Positions 50,269-60,386 of a stretch of 64,000 nucleotides of DNA are shown in pieces. Positions within the stretch are counted from its first letter, which is position 1; every line of letters begins with the position of its first letter. The position numbers and the translations under genes were made by a program. The notes under the pieces are model-generated. The model saw only the letters and a program-made list of their open reading frames with translations, was not told where the DNA came from and did no database searches. Source of the stretch: an uncultured bacterium (GTDB lineage Bacteria > Krumholzibacteriota > Krumholzibacteriia > JACNKJ01); assembly GCA_963695095.1 (NCBI GenBank), contig CAVOFT010000001.1:64001-128000 (forward strand), read 5' to 3'.

Positions 50269-51617
50269 CTAGCGCGCGGCCTCCTCGCCGCGCGCAGCCG
50301 TGTCCCAGCCGTCCAGGAGATCCGCGCGCGCTTCGCAGCCGCGAGCCAGCAGCCGCGCCCGGCGTGGCCTCCGCCAGGCGCAGGCGGTAGTAGCTGCCCT
50401 CGGGCTCGTAGCGCACGTCGCGCACCTCGCACTCCCCGTAGATGGTCGCCGTGAGGGCCTCGCCGCCGGCGGGCAGGAAGAGCACGGTTTCCCGGAAGGC
50501 CTCCTGACGGCGCCGGCCGATGGCCTCGCGCAGCACGTCCAGGCCATCTCCCGTGGCTGCGCTCACGAAGCAGGCCTCCGGCCAGCGCGTGCGCAGGCCG
50601 ATCAGGCCCTGCGATTCCTCGCCCAGGGCGTCCAGCTTGTTGAAGACGCGCAGGCAGCGCTCCGGATCGACGTCCAGTTCGCCCAGCACCTCGTCCACGG
50701 CATGGACCTGCCGGTCCCAGCGCGGATTGGCCAGGTCGACGACGTGCAGCACGAGGTCGGCCTCGCTCACCTCGGCCAGGGTCGCCTTGAAGCTCTCGAC
50801 CAGGTGGTGCGGCAGCTTGCGCACGAAGCCGACGGTGTCGGTGACGAGCACGGGCTCGCTGCCGTCCAGCTCCAGGCGCCGCGTCGTGGAATCCAGCGTG
50901 GCGAAGAGGGCGTCCGCCACGTGGACCTCGGCGCCCGTGAGCGCGTTGAGCAGGCTGCTCTTGCCGACATTCGTGTAGCCGACCAGGGCCACGCTGAAGC
51001 CGCGGCGCCGGCGCTGGCGGGCCTTCGTCTCGCTGACGCGGGCCACCTTGTCCAGCTCGCGCTTGAGCTGGATGACGCGGTCGCCGAGGCGGCGGCGGTC
51101 CACCTCGAGCTGGGTTTCGCCAGGGCCGCGGGTGCCGATGCCGCCCTCCTGCCGCGAGAGGTGCTCCCACATGCGGCGCAGGCGCGGGCGCAGGTACTCG
51201 AGCTGGGCGAGTTCGACCTGCAGCCTCGCCTGCCGCGTGCGCGCGCGGCGGGCGAAGATGTCCAGGATCAGCTCGGTGCGGTCGCAGACGTTGGTCTCCG
51301 TGCGCTTCTCGAGATTGCGCGCCTGCACCGGACTCAGCTCGCTGTCGAAGATGATCAGGTTGGCCTCGCGCTCCCTGGCGAGCGCGGCCAGCTCCTCCAC
51401 CTTGCCGCGGCCGATGTAGGTGGAGACGCTGGGCGCGTCCGCGCTCCTGGACCAGCGCGTGGAGCACGCGCGCGCCGGCGGCGCGGCTGAGCTGGGCCAG
51501 CTCCTGGAGGTTCTCCTCCTCCTCGTCGCGGTCGTCGTAGCGGAACACGGTGCCCACGAGGATCGCCCGCTCCTGCGGCGTGTTCTCGTGGGGATGAAAA
51601 TAGCGCGCTTCGGCCAT
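50269..51617 (-). CDS. hflX: GTPase HflX (apparent frameshifts near 51440 and 50370)
   Basis: ERAILVG N-terminus, DRTELILDIF, GGIGTRGPGETQLE, VGYTNVGKS, LFATLD, DTVGF, NKLD. Confidence 0.92.
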
Positions 51618-51625
51618 GCTGCTCG

Positions 51626-52871
51626 CTAGCCCTTGCCGCGCAGCGGCACTTCGAGCACGCAGGGGTAGTCGGTGAGGTTCTCCAGGTAGCCCTCGCGCAC
51701 CACCGCCACGTCCTCGATGCGGATGCCGAGCTTCCTCTCCGGGTAGTAGACCCCGGGCTCGATGGTGATCACCATGCCGGGCTCGAGCGGCGCCTTGCCC
51801 GCGCGCAGGAAGGGATCCTCGTGCACCTCCAGGCCCAGCCCGTGGCCGAGGCCATGGCAAAAGCCCACCTGGGTGCCGGGGTGGGTCTCCAGGTTCTCGT
51901 AGCCCTTCTCGGCGAGGAAGTGCGCCACGCGCTCGTGCAGGCCCTTGAAGCTGAGCTGCGGCGTGTAGGCCTCGAAGCCCAGCACCGCGGCCTGGCGGAC
52001 GTGCTCGTAGGCCTTCTTCTGCGCGGCCGTCGCCTGGCCGGGCACGAAGGTGCGCGTCATGTCGAAGTAGTAGCCGGTCTCGATGTCCTTGGGGAAGATG
52101 TCGCAGACGATGGGCAGGCCCGTCTTCACCGTGCGCGTGTTCGTGCCCGCGTTGTGGGGCACGCCGCCCTCCTCGCCCTGGGCGACGATGCTGCCGTGGA
52201 GATTTGTGAGACCATGCGCGGCCATCGCCTGGTCGGCGGCGGCCTTGAGGGCGCCGATGGTGAGCGGCAGGCCCTTGGCGGTGTGAAGCGTGCTGCCCTG
52301 CGCGTGGCAGGCGGCCAGCGTGCGGCGGATGGCCTCGAAGCCGGCGCAGGTGCCCACGCCGGCGCGGCGCATCGCCTCGATCTCGGCCTCGGTCTTGATG
52401 GCCCGCGCCTTGGTGACCACGGGCTCTTTCTCGACGACCAGCGTGCAGCCCACGGCCTTGAAGGCCCGCCGCGCCCGCGGCAGCCAGGCGACGGCGCCCT
52501 CCAGGCCCGCGGCGCCGTAGAGCGCGACGCGGCCTTCGGCCTTCACCTTCTGCAGCACCCAGGCGAGCCAGGCAAGCTGGGCGTCGCCGGGCTTCCTGTT
52601 GTCCTTTGCCAGTTGCTGTGCCGGTGTAGTCGAGCGGGCGATCCACTTCAGGCCCGTCTTGGCCGCGTTGTCGCGCTCCATGTCGCCCACGATGAGCAGG
52701 CGCTCGCCGCCGCGCTTCCACACGAGGGTGGCGGCTTCTAGCTTCTGGCCGCCGACCAGGTACCAGAAGGCCGGGCTCTCTGGCGTGTCGCCGGTGAGCG
52801 AGCAGCACGTCGAGCTTGGCCTTTTCCATGAGGGCGTCGAGGCGGGCGGGCAGGGTCTTGTCGGCGGGCAT
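51626..52871 (-). CDS. Xaa-Pro peptidase (M24B) family; apparent frameshift near 52800
   Basis: RAIKTEAEI, DIFP..GYYFDMTRT, HGLGHGLGLEVHE, TIEPGVY, GIRIED. Confidence 0.92.
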
Positions 52872-53057
52872 GGATCTCCTCGCTGGGCTTCGCGGCGCGC
52901 CGACCGCCGGCGCGGGCCGCCAGTATGCGACGGTGAGGGGGAAAACAGCAAGGGCGGCGCGCTGATGGCGCCGCCCCTTCTCTGCTCACCCGGCCCGGTC
53001 CTGGTTCGGCGGTCGCCGCCTGGGACCGAGATGGCCGCCTGAACGGCCTTTGTGCGA

Positions 53058-54761
53058 TTATAGGCTGCGCTCCATGTGGGCGATCGCCCGGTCATGAATG
53101 GCCTGGGCATCAGTATACAACAAGCGCGCACGCTCATGCCAGTCCCTTGCGAGTTTCTCATCCGCAAGGCCCTTCAGGTTGATGCGGACGTTGAAACAGG
53201 CGCCGCGCACGCAGGCCAGGCCGAGCAGGGCGCCCACGCCCGCGTCGCTGGCGCTGTTCGTGTTGCCCACCTCGGCCACGCGCTCGCAGTGCTTCAGCAC
53301 CGCCAGGCCCAGCTCCATCACGGCGAAGGGCACGCGCGTGGCCGCCTCGGTGGCCTTCTGGATCGCCGCCTCACGCCGGGCGAGGTCGGCCTCGGTCGCC
53401 TTCGGCAACTTGAAGGCGGCCATCACCTGGTTGAAGGCCTCGGTGTCCTCGTCCACCTTCGCCTCGAGCTGGGCGCGCAGGGCGTCGGCCTCCTTGCAGA
53501 GCTCGGCCATCTCGCCCTCGACCGCCGCGTAGGCCTTCCCCCGCGTGAGCCGCGCCACCATGGCCGCCAGCGCCGCGGCCAGCGCACCGCAGAGGGCGGC
53601 GACGCTGCCGCCCCCGGGGGCGGGCGAGCTGGAGGCCAGCACCTCGGCGAACTCGGCCACGCCGAGTCCCATCAGCGGGCCGGGCGGCGCCGGGGGCAGG
53701 GACTTGGGCGAGACGGTGCCGCGCTCGAGCATCACCTCGATCACCTTCTCCTCGAGCTGGAAGGGATAGAGGTTGCTCAGGCCCAGGGCCTCGGCGGCCA
53801 GTTCCATCTGCTCCCACTCGCCGGCCGGCAGGCGCACGCCGTTCTGGCCGCAGTGGGCGCGGGCGGCGTCCAGCATGGCCTGCTTGGGCACCACGCCCAC
53901 GATCTCGCTGCCGGTGACCGCCAGGCCGCCGCCGCGCAGCTCGGCCTGGCGCTGAACTTCGGCGAAGGCCTGATAAAGCCCCACCCGCGTGTAGTCGAGC
54001 AGGTTCATGCTCACCTGGGCGGTGGCGGCGTCGTACATCATGCCCGCGGCCTGGGTCGTGGGCAGTGTGCCGGGCTCGTTCACGGCGCGGCCCTTGGCGT
54101 CGCGGACGATCTCGCCCGCCTCGTCGCGCTTGGCCCGCCCGCTCTCGCGGATGTCCAGCGCGATGCCGTGGGCCTTGCCCTTCACCGCCGTGTTCAGGTT
54201 GATGTTGTAGGCGATGAGGAACTGCCGTGCGCCGGTGGCCATCACGCCGCTCCTGGGCACGAAGACCTGCGGCCCGTAGTCGGGCTTGAAGTCCGGCGTC
54301 TTCAGCTTGGCGGCCAGGGCCTCGTACTCGCCCTTGCGGATGTCGGGCAGCGCCACGCGCTCGGGCCGCTGCGCGCTCTTGGCATAGAGGTAGACCGGGA
54401 TCCCCAGCTCCTCGCCCACGCGCCGGCCGAGCCGGTGCGAGAGCTCGATGCACTGCTCCCAGCTCGCCTCGCGCACGGGGATGAAGGGCACCACGTCGGC
54501 GGCGCCCTGGCGCGGGTGCTCGCCCGTGTGCCGCGTCATGTCGATGAGGGCCAGGCCCGTCTTCACGGCGTTGAAGGCGGCGGCCAGGACGGCCTCCGGG
54601 TCGCCGACGAAGGTGTAGACCGTGCGGTTGAAGTCGGGCCCGGCGTCCACGTCCAGCAGCGTGGCGCCCTCGCTCTCGCGAATGGCCTGGGCGATGGCCT
54701 GGATGATGCGGCGGTTGCGGCCCTCGCTGAAATTGGGCACGCACTCGATGATGGTGGCCAT
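53058..54761 (-). CDS. ftcD: Bifunctional glutamate formimidoyltransferase / formimidoyl-THF cyclodeaminase
   Basis: IIECVPNFSEGR, HTGEHPR.GA.DVVPF, ARQFLIAYN, and a C-terminal SSSPAPGGGSVAA cyclodeaminase domain. Confidence 0.95.
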   Translation of the reverse strand: MATIIECVPNFSEGRNRRIIQAIAQAIRESEGATLLDVDAGPDFNRTVYTFVGDPEAVLAAAFNAVKTGLALIDMTRHTGEHPRQGAADVVPFIPVREASWEQCIELSHRLGRRVGEELGIPVYLYAKSAQRPERVALPDIRKGEYEALAAKLKTPDFKPDYGPQVFVPRSGVMATGARQFLIAYNINLNTAVKGKAHGIALDIRESGRAKRDEAGEIVRDAKGRAVNEPGTLPTTQAAGMMYDAATAQVSMNLLDYTRVGLYQAFAEVQRQAELRGGGLAVTGSEIVGVVPKQAMLDAARAHCGQNGVRLPAGEWEQMELAAEALGLSNLYPFQLEEKVIEVMLERGTVSPKSLPPAPPGPLMGLGVAEFAEVLASSSPAPGGGSVAALCGALAAALAAMVARLTRGKAYAAVEGEMAELCKEADALRAQLEAKVDEDTEAFNQVMAAFKLPKATEADLARREAAIQKATEAATRVPFAVMELGLAVLKHCERVAEVGNTNSASDAGVGALLGLACVRGACFNVRINLKGLADEKLARDWHERARLLYTDAQAIHDRAIAHMERSL

Positions 54762-54824
54762 CGTCTTCCTCCCGGGAACCGTCAGGGTATGAAGGCTGCA
54801 GGATAGTCCAGGGCGGGCGCGCGA

Positions 54825-55679
54825 TCAAGGCGCGGCGGGAGGCGCGATGTCATCGCGCAGGCGCGCCAGCACCCAGCGAATGGAGCGCTTGCTCTCCAGC
54901 AGGTTCTCGCCCCAGTTCCAGGTGGGGTGGGTCAGCGGCATCACCGTCCAGTCCACGGCCACCGAGTCGCCGCAGAGGCGCACGAACTCGAGCACGCTGG
55001 TCAGGCTGACGACGCCGTCGTTGGGATAGGATTCGGTGAGGGCGCCGCCGCTGCCGTCCTTGAAGCGATTGCCGGCCAGCACATGCCATTTAACCCTTGG
55101 ATCGGGCGGATTCGCTTCGTTGAAGGCGCCGATGCCCGCCGGCGTGCACCAACCTCTCGGATTCAAGGCCCCGAGCATGTTGACTCCCCCGCTGGGCACG
55201 CCGAGCAGGAAGACCTGCCGCACGGCGCCGGGATGCACGGTCACGAAGCGCCGCGCGAGCAGGCCGCCCATGCTGTGCGCCACCAGATGCAAATTCTCCG
55301 GCGGGATGGCCTGCGCCGCCAGCCAGGCCTCCAGGGCGGCCAGCGCCTCTTCGGGGCCATCATCTTCGGTGGCGCCCATCATGCGCGGCAGACCGGTGAC
55401 GATGTAGGCCTCGCAGTCGGCGGGCAGGAAGCGCAGGGCGGCCAGCCAGAAGCGGTCCCAGAGCCAGGTTTCGCCGCGGTAGCCGTGGATGAAGAGCACG
55501 CGGTGCACCGGCGCGGGCGGCGCCGCCACCGCCCCCGGGGGCGGCAGGTCGAGGCTGCGCGGCGCGCAGGCCCCCGTGCCGAGCGCGAGGCCGAGCGCCA
55601 GCAGGGCTAGGGCCGCGAGCGGGCTTGCCGCGCGCGCCGCGCGCAGGCAATATTGCCGGGAATTCGGGAGCGCCGCCAT
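54825..55679 (-). CDS. Alpha/beta hydrolase (PGAP1/lipase-like), probable lipoprotein
   Basis: VLFIHG, AHSMGG nucleophile elbow, NDGVV, LTH; start uncertain. Confidence 0.82.
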   Translation of the reverse strand: MAALPNSRQYCLRAARAASPLAALALLALGLALGTGACAPRSLDLPPPGAVAAPPAPVHRVLFIHGYRGETWLWDRFWLAALRFLPADCEAYIVTGLPRMMGATEDDGPEEALAALEAWLAAQAIPPENLHLVAHSMGGLLARRFVTVHPGAVRQVFLLGVPSGGVNMLGALNPRGWCTPAGIGAFNEANPPDPRVKWHVLAGNRFKDGSGGALTESYPNDGVVSLTSVLEFVRLCGDSVAVDWTVMPLTHPTWNWGENLLESKRSIRWVLARLRDDIAPPAAP

Positions 55680-57237
55680 GAACCACCTCGCCCGCCCTGC
55701 TCTTCTATTGCTCGCGCTGCTCGCCGCGGCGGGCTGCGGGGAGGATACTCCCGTCTCGCCGGACCCGCCAGGCCTGCCCCTGCCCACCTACTACATCATC
55801 GAGAACCGCGTGGACGGGGACCTCATCGGCTGGGCGAGCGCGCTCACCCGCTACGACGCGGCCGACTGGCGCGGCGAGGTCTATCGCCCCGAGCGACACC
55901 CCTGGCTGGGCTGGCGGGAGACGGCGCTCGGGCCCGGCCCCGCGCTGGACTGGACCCAGGGCCCGGAGGCCGGACCGCCGCGCGCGGGGCGCGTCGCCCT
56001 GGACGGCACGAGCTGGGCGGCCCTGCTCGCCGGCTGGGGCGAGCTCGCACTCACGCGAAGCCTCGCGTCCTCGCTGATCTCGCCGCTGCTGCTCGATCTC
56101 CACTCGCCTCTCGCCGCCGCAGCGCTCGGCCGGGCCTGGCTGGCGGCGGGCCGGCCCGCCAGCCTGGCGCTCTCGCTCATCATCCTCGCCGATCCCGGCG
56201 TGGCGCCGCAGGCGGAGTCCGCCACCCTCGTCTACGACGGGCCCGGCGGGGACCGCGCGGACACCGAGGATTTCCACATGGACCTGGCCGCCGGCACCGC
56301 CTACCTGCGGCTCTACGCGGCGCATTTCCCGGCCCCCTTCGCGGTCTGGTGGGAGGGCTATGGGCTCCGCCTGCTCGAGTGGGGCGCCGAGCCGCCGGAC
56401 ATCGACGAGCAGGCCTTTGCGCCCAGCTTCCCGGCGCCGGCGGGCTACACGGCCTCCGAGATCACGCTCGACGCGGGCGGCCTCGACCTCGCCGCCACGC
56501 GCTGCCGGCCGGAGGGCGCTGGGCCCTTCCCGGCGGTCCTGCTTCTCGCCGATGCCGGGCTCGCGGACCGCAACGACGCGGCCGTCTTCGGGCATCTCGC
56601 CCCTGCGCTGGCCGCGGCGGGCGTTCTCGTGCTGCGCTACGACGAGCCCGGGCGCGGGGCCAGCCCCGGCGATCCGGATGCGCTGGATCTCGGCCTGCGC
56701 CGCGCGGCGCTGGCCGCCGCCTGGGCCGCTCTGCTCGCGGATGCCGACGCCGATCCCGGGGCCTGCGCGCTGGTCGGCCACGGCGAGGGCGCGGCGCTGG
56801 CCCTCGAGGCCGCGGCCGCCGATCCCAGCGTGGCCGCAGTGGCGGCGCTCTCGCCGCCGCTCTACGACCCGGCGCGGGTCCCGGCCATTCCGGAGGCCGA
56901 GACCGGCGCGGACTGGGTGACGCTGCTGGGCCGCGAGGTCTTCGCCGGCAAGCACGCCGACCTGCTCGCCTTCGCCAGCGAGGACTTCCTGAGCGATGCG
57001 GGCTGGGCGGGTCGGCCGGTGTTCCTGCTGCGCGCGGGCGACGATTCGCGCCTCTCCGCCGAGGACTTCGCCGCGCAGAGTGCCTGGCTCGCGGGTGCCG
57101 GCGCCCAGCTCAGAGCGAGCGAACGCGACGGCCTCAGCGCCTTCCTCACGGCCGGCGCTCCCGACGCCCCCCCCGACGCTGTCCTCGTGGCGGATCTGCT
57201 GAGCTGGCTCGCGGCGACTTTGCCAGCGGCGCCCTAG
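55678..57237 (+). CDS. Lipoprotein with degenerate C-terminal alpha/beta hydrolase domain
   Basis: GGGAG RBS, AAGC lipobox, GPFPAVLL, VLRYD..G.G.S, and GHGEG in place of GHSEG. Confidence 0.78.
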   Translation: MNHLARPALLLLALLAAAGCGEDTPVSPDPPGLPLPTYYIIENRVDGDLIGWASALTRYDAADWRGEVYRPERHPWLGWRETALGPGPALDWTQGPEAGPPRAGRVALDGTSWAALLAGWGELALTRSLASSLISPLLLDLHSPLAAAALGRAWLAAGRPASLALSLIILADPGVAPQAESATLVYDGPGGDRADTEDFHMDLAAGTAYLRLYAAHFPAPFAVWWEGYGLRLLEWGAEPPDIDEQAFAPSFPAPAGYTASEITLDAGGLDLAATRCRPEGAGPFPAVLLLADAGLADRNDAAVFGHLAPALAAAGVLVLRYDEPGRGASPGDPDALDLGLRRAALAAAWAALLADADADPGACALVGHGEGAALALEAAAADPSVAAVAALSPPLYDPARVPAIPEAETGADWVTLLGREVFAGKHADLLAFASEDFLSDAGWAGRPVFLLRAGDDSRLSAEDFAAQSAWLAGAGAQLRASERDGLSAFLTAGAPDAPPDAVLVADLLSWLAATLPAAP

Positions 57238-57279
57238 GCGGCGCATGCGCTCCCTGGGCGGCGCCAGCGCGCCCCCCGG

Positions 57280-58422
57280 TCAGAAGGTGAGCGGGCGGCC
57301 GCCGCCCAGGCCCACCAGCTCCACGTAACCCTGTCCGCGGGGCGAGCCGCCCAGGCCGCGCAGCTCCACCGCGCCCTCCCAGTAGTTGAAGCCGCTGCGC
57401 GGGCCCACGTTCTCCTGCGCGGCGAGGCGCGGGATCACCTCCAGCACGAGCTGCGCGCTCGGCACGGCCACCCGCCAGCGCTCGGGATAGCGCGTGCCGG
57501 TGGCCGGGCTCTCCCAGCTTCCCGCGGGCGTGGCCTGCCAGTCGTCCGGTCCGAGGTAGCGCACGCTGCCGTCGGCCTCCACCAGCGTGCCCCGCCGCCA
57601 GTCGGGGCGGCCCTCGCGGTCGCGGAGCTGGTAGAGCATCAGCTCGCGGCCGTCGGCGAGCTGCAGGCTGAACCAGTCCCAGCCCGCTTGCTGGGGCTCG
57701 AGCTGGTTGCTGCCGAACTCCTTGTCGAACCATCCCTCGCCGCGCACTTGGCGCTCTCGGCCGCCGACGCGCAGCGTTCCCTCCAGCGCCAGGCGCGTGA
57801 AGCTGTAGTACTGGCTCGCCGAGCTGGGCCCCGCGCCCTTGCGGCTGTAGCCGTTCGGTCCCTGCAGCACCAGCGGCTTGAGCGGTCGCGTCTCGAGGCG
57901 AAAGGCCATGCCCTGGGCGCTGTCGGCCATGCTGACGGTGAAGGCCTCGCCGTTCCACTCGAGGGTCCAGCGCCCCTCCGTGCCCGCGGGCGCGCGGCTC
58001 CAGGCGATCAAGGTGTCGGGGTAGGCGCCGAAACCCGCGAGCAGGGGGCTGGCGCGATAGAGCAACTCGCTGAAGTGGTGCTCACCGGCCGCGAAGTCGC
58101 CGATGGCCGCGTGGCCCATGATGAGGTTGCGCGCGCTCCAGGCGGAGCCCGGCGCTGCCGGCCCCGGCGTCAGCCCGATGCGGAAGATCGTGAACTGCAT
58201 GCCGAAGCGCGCGGCGGGATCATCCACGTCCTCGAGCTGTGCGGTGAGGTACCACCACTCGGTCTGGTAGTCGGCATGCGACCAGTGGTCTTCGGGAAAT
58301 CGCCAGGCGTAGCTGGAGTCGGCGGGCTGCCAGCTTTCGGCGCGCGCGCCCACGGCCGTAGTGAGCCATGCCGCCGCGAGCAGTGTCTTCAGCAAATGAG
58401 AGGCGCAGCCAAGGCGAACCAT
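57280..58422 (-). CDS. Lipocalin-like AttH/CrtC family secreted hydrolase
   Basis: FPEDH..H....EWWY, YYSFTRL, WFDKEF, GWDWFSLQL, YWEGAV. Confidence 0.88.
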   Translation of the reverse strand: MVRLGCASHLLKTLLAAAWLTTAVGARAESWQPADSSYAWRFPEDHWSHADYQTEWWYLTAQLEDVDDPAARFGMQFTIFRIGLTPGPAAPGSAWSARNLIMGHAAIGDFAAGEHHFSELLYRASPLLAGFGAYPDTLIAWSRAPAGTEGRWTLEWNGEAFTVSMADSAQGMAFRLETRPLKPLVLQGPNGYSRKGAGPSSASQYYSFTRLALEGTLRVGGRERQVRGEGWFDKEFGSNQLEPQQAGWDWFSLQLADGRELMLYQLRDREGRPDWRRGTLVEADGSVRYLGPDDWQATPAGSWESPATGTRYPERWRVAVPSAQLVLEVIPRLAAQENVGPRSGFNYWEGAVELRGLGGSPRGQGYVELVGLGGGRPLTF

Positions 58423-58455
58423 GCCGTCACCATAGCACGCCGGCTGCTGCGCAGG

Positions 58456-59835
58456 TCAGTACAGCGACTTGATGTGACCCCAGCTCCTGGACTCCACGCC
58501 GGTCAGCACGCAGCCCACGTCGAACGCGCCGATGAGCTGCCCGCACTCGTTGTTCGCGGCCGCGCATGGCGAGCCTGTCTGCAAAGAATAGGGACTCTCC
58601 GGATTGAGGGCGCCGCCACAGAAGAGCGGGTCCAGGGCGATGTTGCCGTTCGTGCCCGTGGGGTCGACCATCTCATCGAGGAAGTCGCCGCCCAGATTGC
58701 CCCAGACGTCGCAGCAGCTGAGTTGCGGGCCCGGGATGTTGTTCACCGAACTGATGCCGCCGCCCTGGTTGAAGGCGACGATCACCCGGTCGAGCGTGGG
58801 ATTCGAGCCGAGGACGCAGCGCAACCCGCCAGCCGCGTTCGTGGCCGTATTCCCGACGATCGTGGTGGCGCTGAGACTGACGTTCGCGAAGTCATAGAAG
58901 TACATCGCGCCGCCAAAGGCGGCCTGGTTGGCGTGGAAGAGCGACTCCTCGACGTTCACGGTGCCGCCCCAGACAAAGAGGCCGCCGCCGCTGCCGGTTG
59001 CCTGATTTGCCTCCACTGTGCAGCGGCGGATGTCCAGGAGATCCACCTCCGTGCCGCAGTAGATGGCCGCCCCCCAGCGCGCCGTGTTCTCGCGGAAGAG
59101 GCAGTCTTCAAGGGTCACATGAGTGTTAGCAAGCCAGACATACACACCTCCTCCATCCCCGCCGCCAATCGAGGTATTTCCTAAGAACTCTACATCAGAG
59201 CAATAAACGGATGATCTCGCGATGTTTCCCCCTCCAGCATCTGCTGCACGATTGCCAACAACCATGCCCCGAACATACTCGATCTCCGAGTCCGTGGCCG
59301 TGAAGCCGCCTCCGGTTGAGGCTGTGTTGTCTCGCAATACCACATCTACCAGCATGGATCGCTCCGAAGCGAGAAACCGCACCCCGCCCGCGGCGAGTGC
59401 CTCACACTGCTCGATGGTGACGCCAATGAGTGAGCAACTTGCGCTCACGCACGATATCCCGCCTCCATTCGCCTCCTGCACTTTGCCGTACCGAATCGTG
59501 AATCCCGCAACTACCGCGGCATTCGATTCGCCAGAGTGAAAGTCCATGCCTCGCCCAAGCTGCTGGCAGTCGATGATCGTCTGATCACGGCCCGCTTCGG
59601 AGATCAGTACGAGATCGATGCCATGGAAATCGAGGTTGCGGTTAGCTGACCCGGTGTAGGTACCGGGCCCGACCAGCACGGTATCGCCCACCTGGCAGGC
59701 ATCGATGGCGGGCTGGATCGCCACGAAATCTCCTGTTCCGTCGAGGCGCACGGTGTGCGTGACCGCGAGGGCGCTGCTGCTCAGTGCGAGCAGCAGCGCC
59801 CCAGCTTCCAGGAACAGCACGGATGCATGGCGCAT
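58456..59835 (-). CDS. Secreted right-handed parallel beta-helix repeat protein with short C-terminal tail
   Basis: GDFVAIQPAID..GDTVLVGPGTY, N.A..GGG repeats, DPLFC..SPC..IGAF, tail VESRSWGHIKSLY. Confidence 0.85.
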   Translation of the reverse strand: MRHASVLFLEAGALLLALSSSALAVTHTVRLDGTGDFVAIQPAIDACQVGDTVLVGPGTYTGSANRNLDFHGIDLVLISEAGRDQTIIDCQQLGRGMDFHSGESNAAVVAGFTIRYGKVQEANGGGISCVSASCSLIGVTIEQCEALAAGGVRFLASERSMLVDVVLRDNTASTGGGFTATDSEIEYVRGMVVGNRAADAGGGNIARSSVYCSDVEFLGNTSIGGGDGGGVYVWLANTHVTLEDCLFRENTARWGAAIYCGTEVDLLDIRRCTVEANQATGSGGGLFVWGGTVNVEESLFHANQAAFGGAMYFYDFANVSLSATTIVGNTATNAAGGLRCVLGSNPTLDRVIVAFNQGGGISSVNNIPGPQLSCCDVWGNLGGDFLDEMVDPTGTNGNIALDPLFCGGALNPESPYSLQTGSPCAAANNECGQLIGAFDVGCVLTGVESRSWGHIKSLY

Positions 59836-59866
59836 GATGCCCTCCGATCAACTGCCCGGAAGGTTG

Positions 59867-60373
59867 CTACATCTCCTTCAGATGCAGAATCAGCCGAGCC
59901 CAGATTCCCTCGTTCTCGCTCAAGGATACCACATTTCCGGCGCCGAGCGCATCCGCCGCGAGGCGGCCAATCAGCAGCGTTTCCTGGCTTCTTCCCTCCG
60001 CCAGGCTCTGCCGAAGGATCGGTGTAATGTCGAGCTGGAGGATCGCCTCCGATTCGCCAAAGGCATAGGCCGCCACGGGTCCCGTCTTGCCTTCGGGGAT
60101 CAATACGGTTCCATCGCGGAATGCTGCGGCCTGAACCTCGGAGGCGCCATCCTCGCCGCTCTCGGGAATCAGGCGCAGCTCAAGAAATCCAGAGAGGATC
60201 GCCGCGGGTTCCGTAACCGCGGGAATCGCAACGCTGACTGCGTCCAGTTGCCGGCCATCGTAGACTACCGAGCTCACGCTCGCGGTCGAAAGCGCGGCTT
60301 CATGCATCGCCGCCCCTGCCGGCGGCACGCAGCCAAGAACTGCCAGGATAGCCAGGAGTGCGTGTTTCATCAT
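59867..60373 (-). CDS. Hypothetical secreted protein
   Basis: GGGAG RBS right after the upstream stop, signal peptide MMKHALLAILAVLG. Confidence 0.65.
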   Translation of the reverse strand: MMKHALLAILAVLGCVPPAGAAMHEAALSTASVSSVVYDGRQLDAVSVAIPAVTEPAAILSGFLELRLIPESGEDGASEVQAAAFRDGTVLIPEGKTGPVAAYAFGESEAILQLDITPILRQSLAEGRSQETLLIGRLAADALGAGNVVSLSENEGIWARLILHLKEM

Positions 60374-60386
60374 CGGTCTCCCTTGC

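Noticed and set aside
49533..52871. 1112-aa ORF as a fusion protein
   Set aside because: Artefact of frameshifts joining the M24 start, the hflX start and a separate secreted gene.
59100..59400. Diversity-generating retroelement variable region
   Set aside because: No template repeat or reverse transcriptase in the window, and the segment is not C-terminal.
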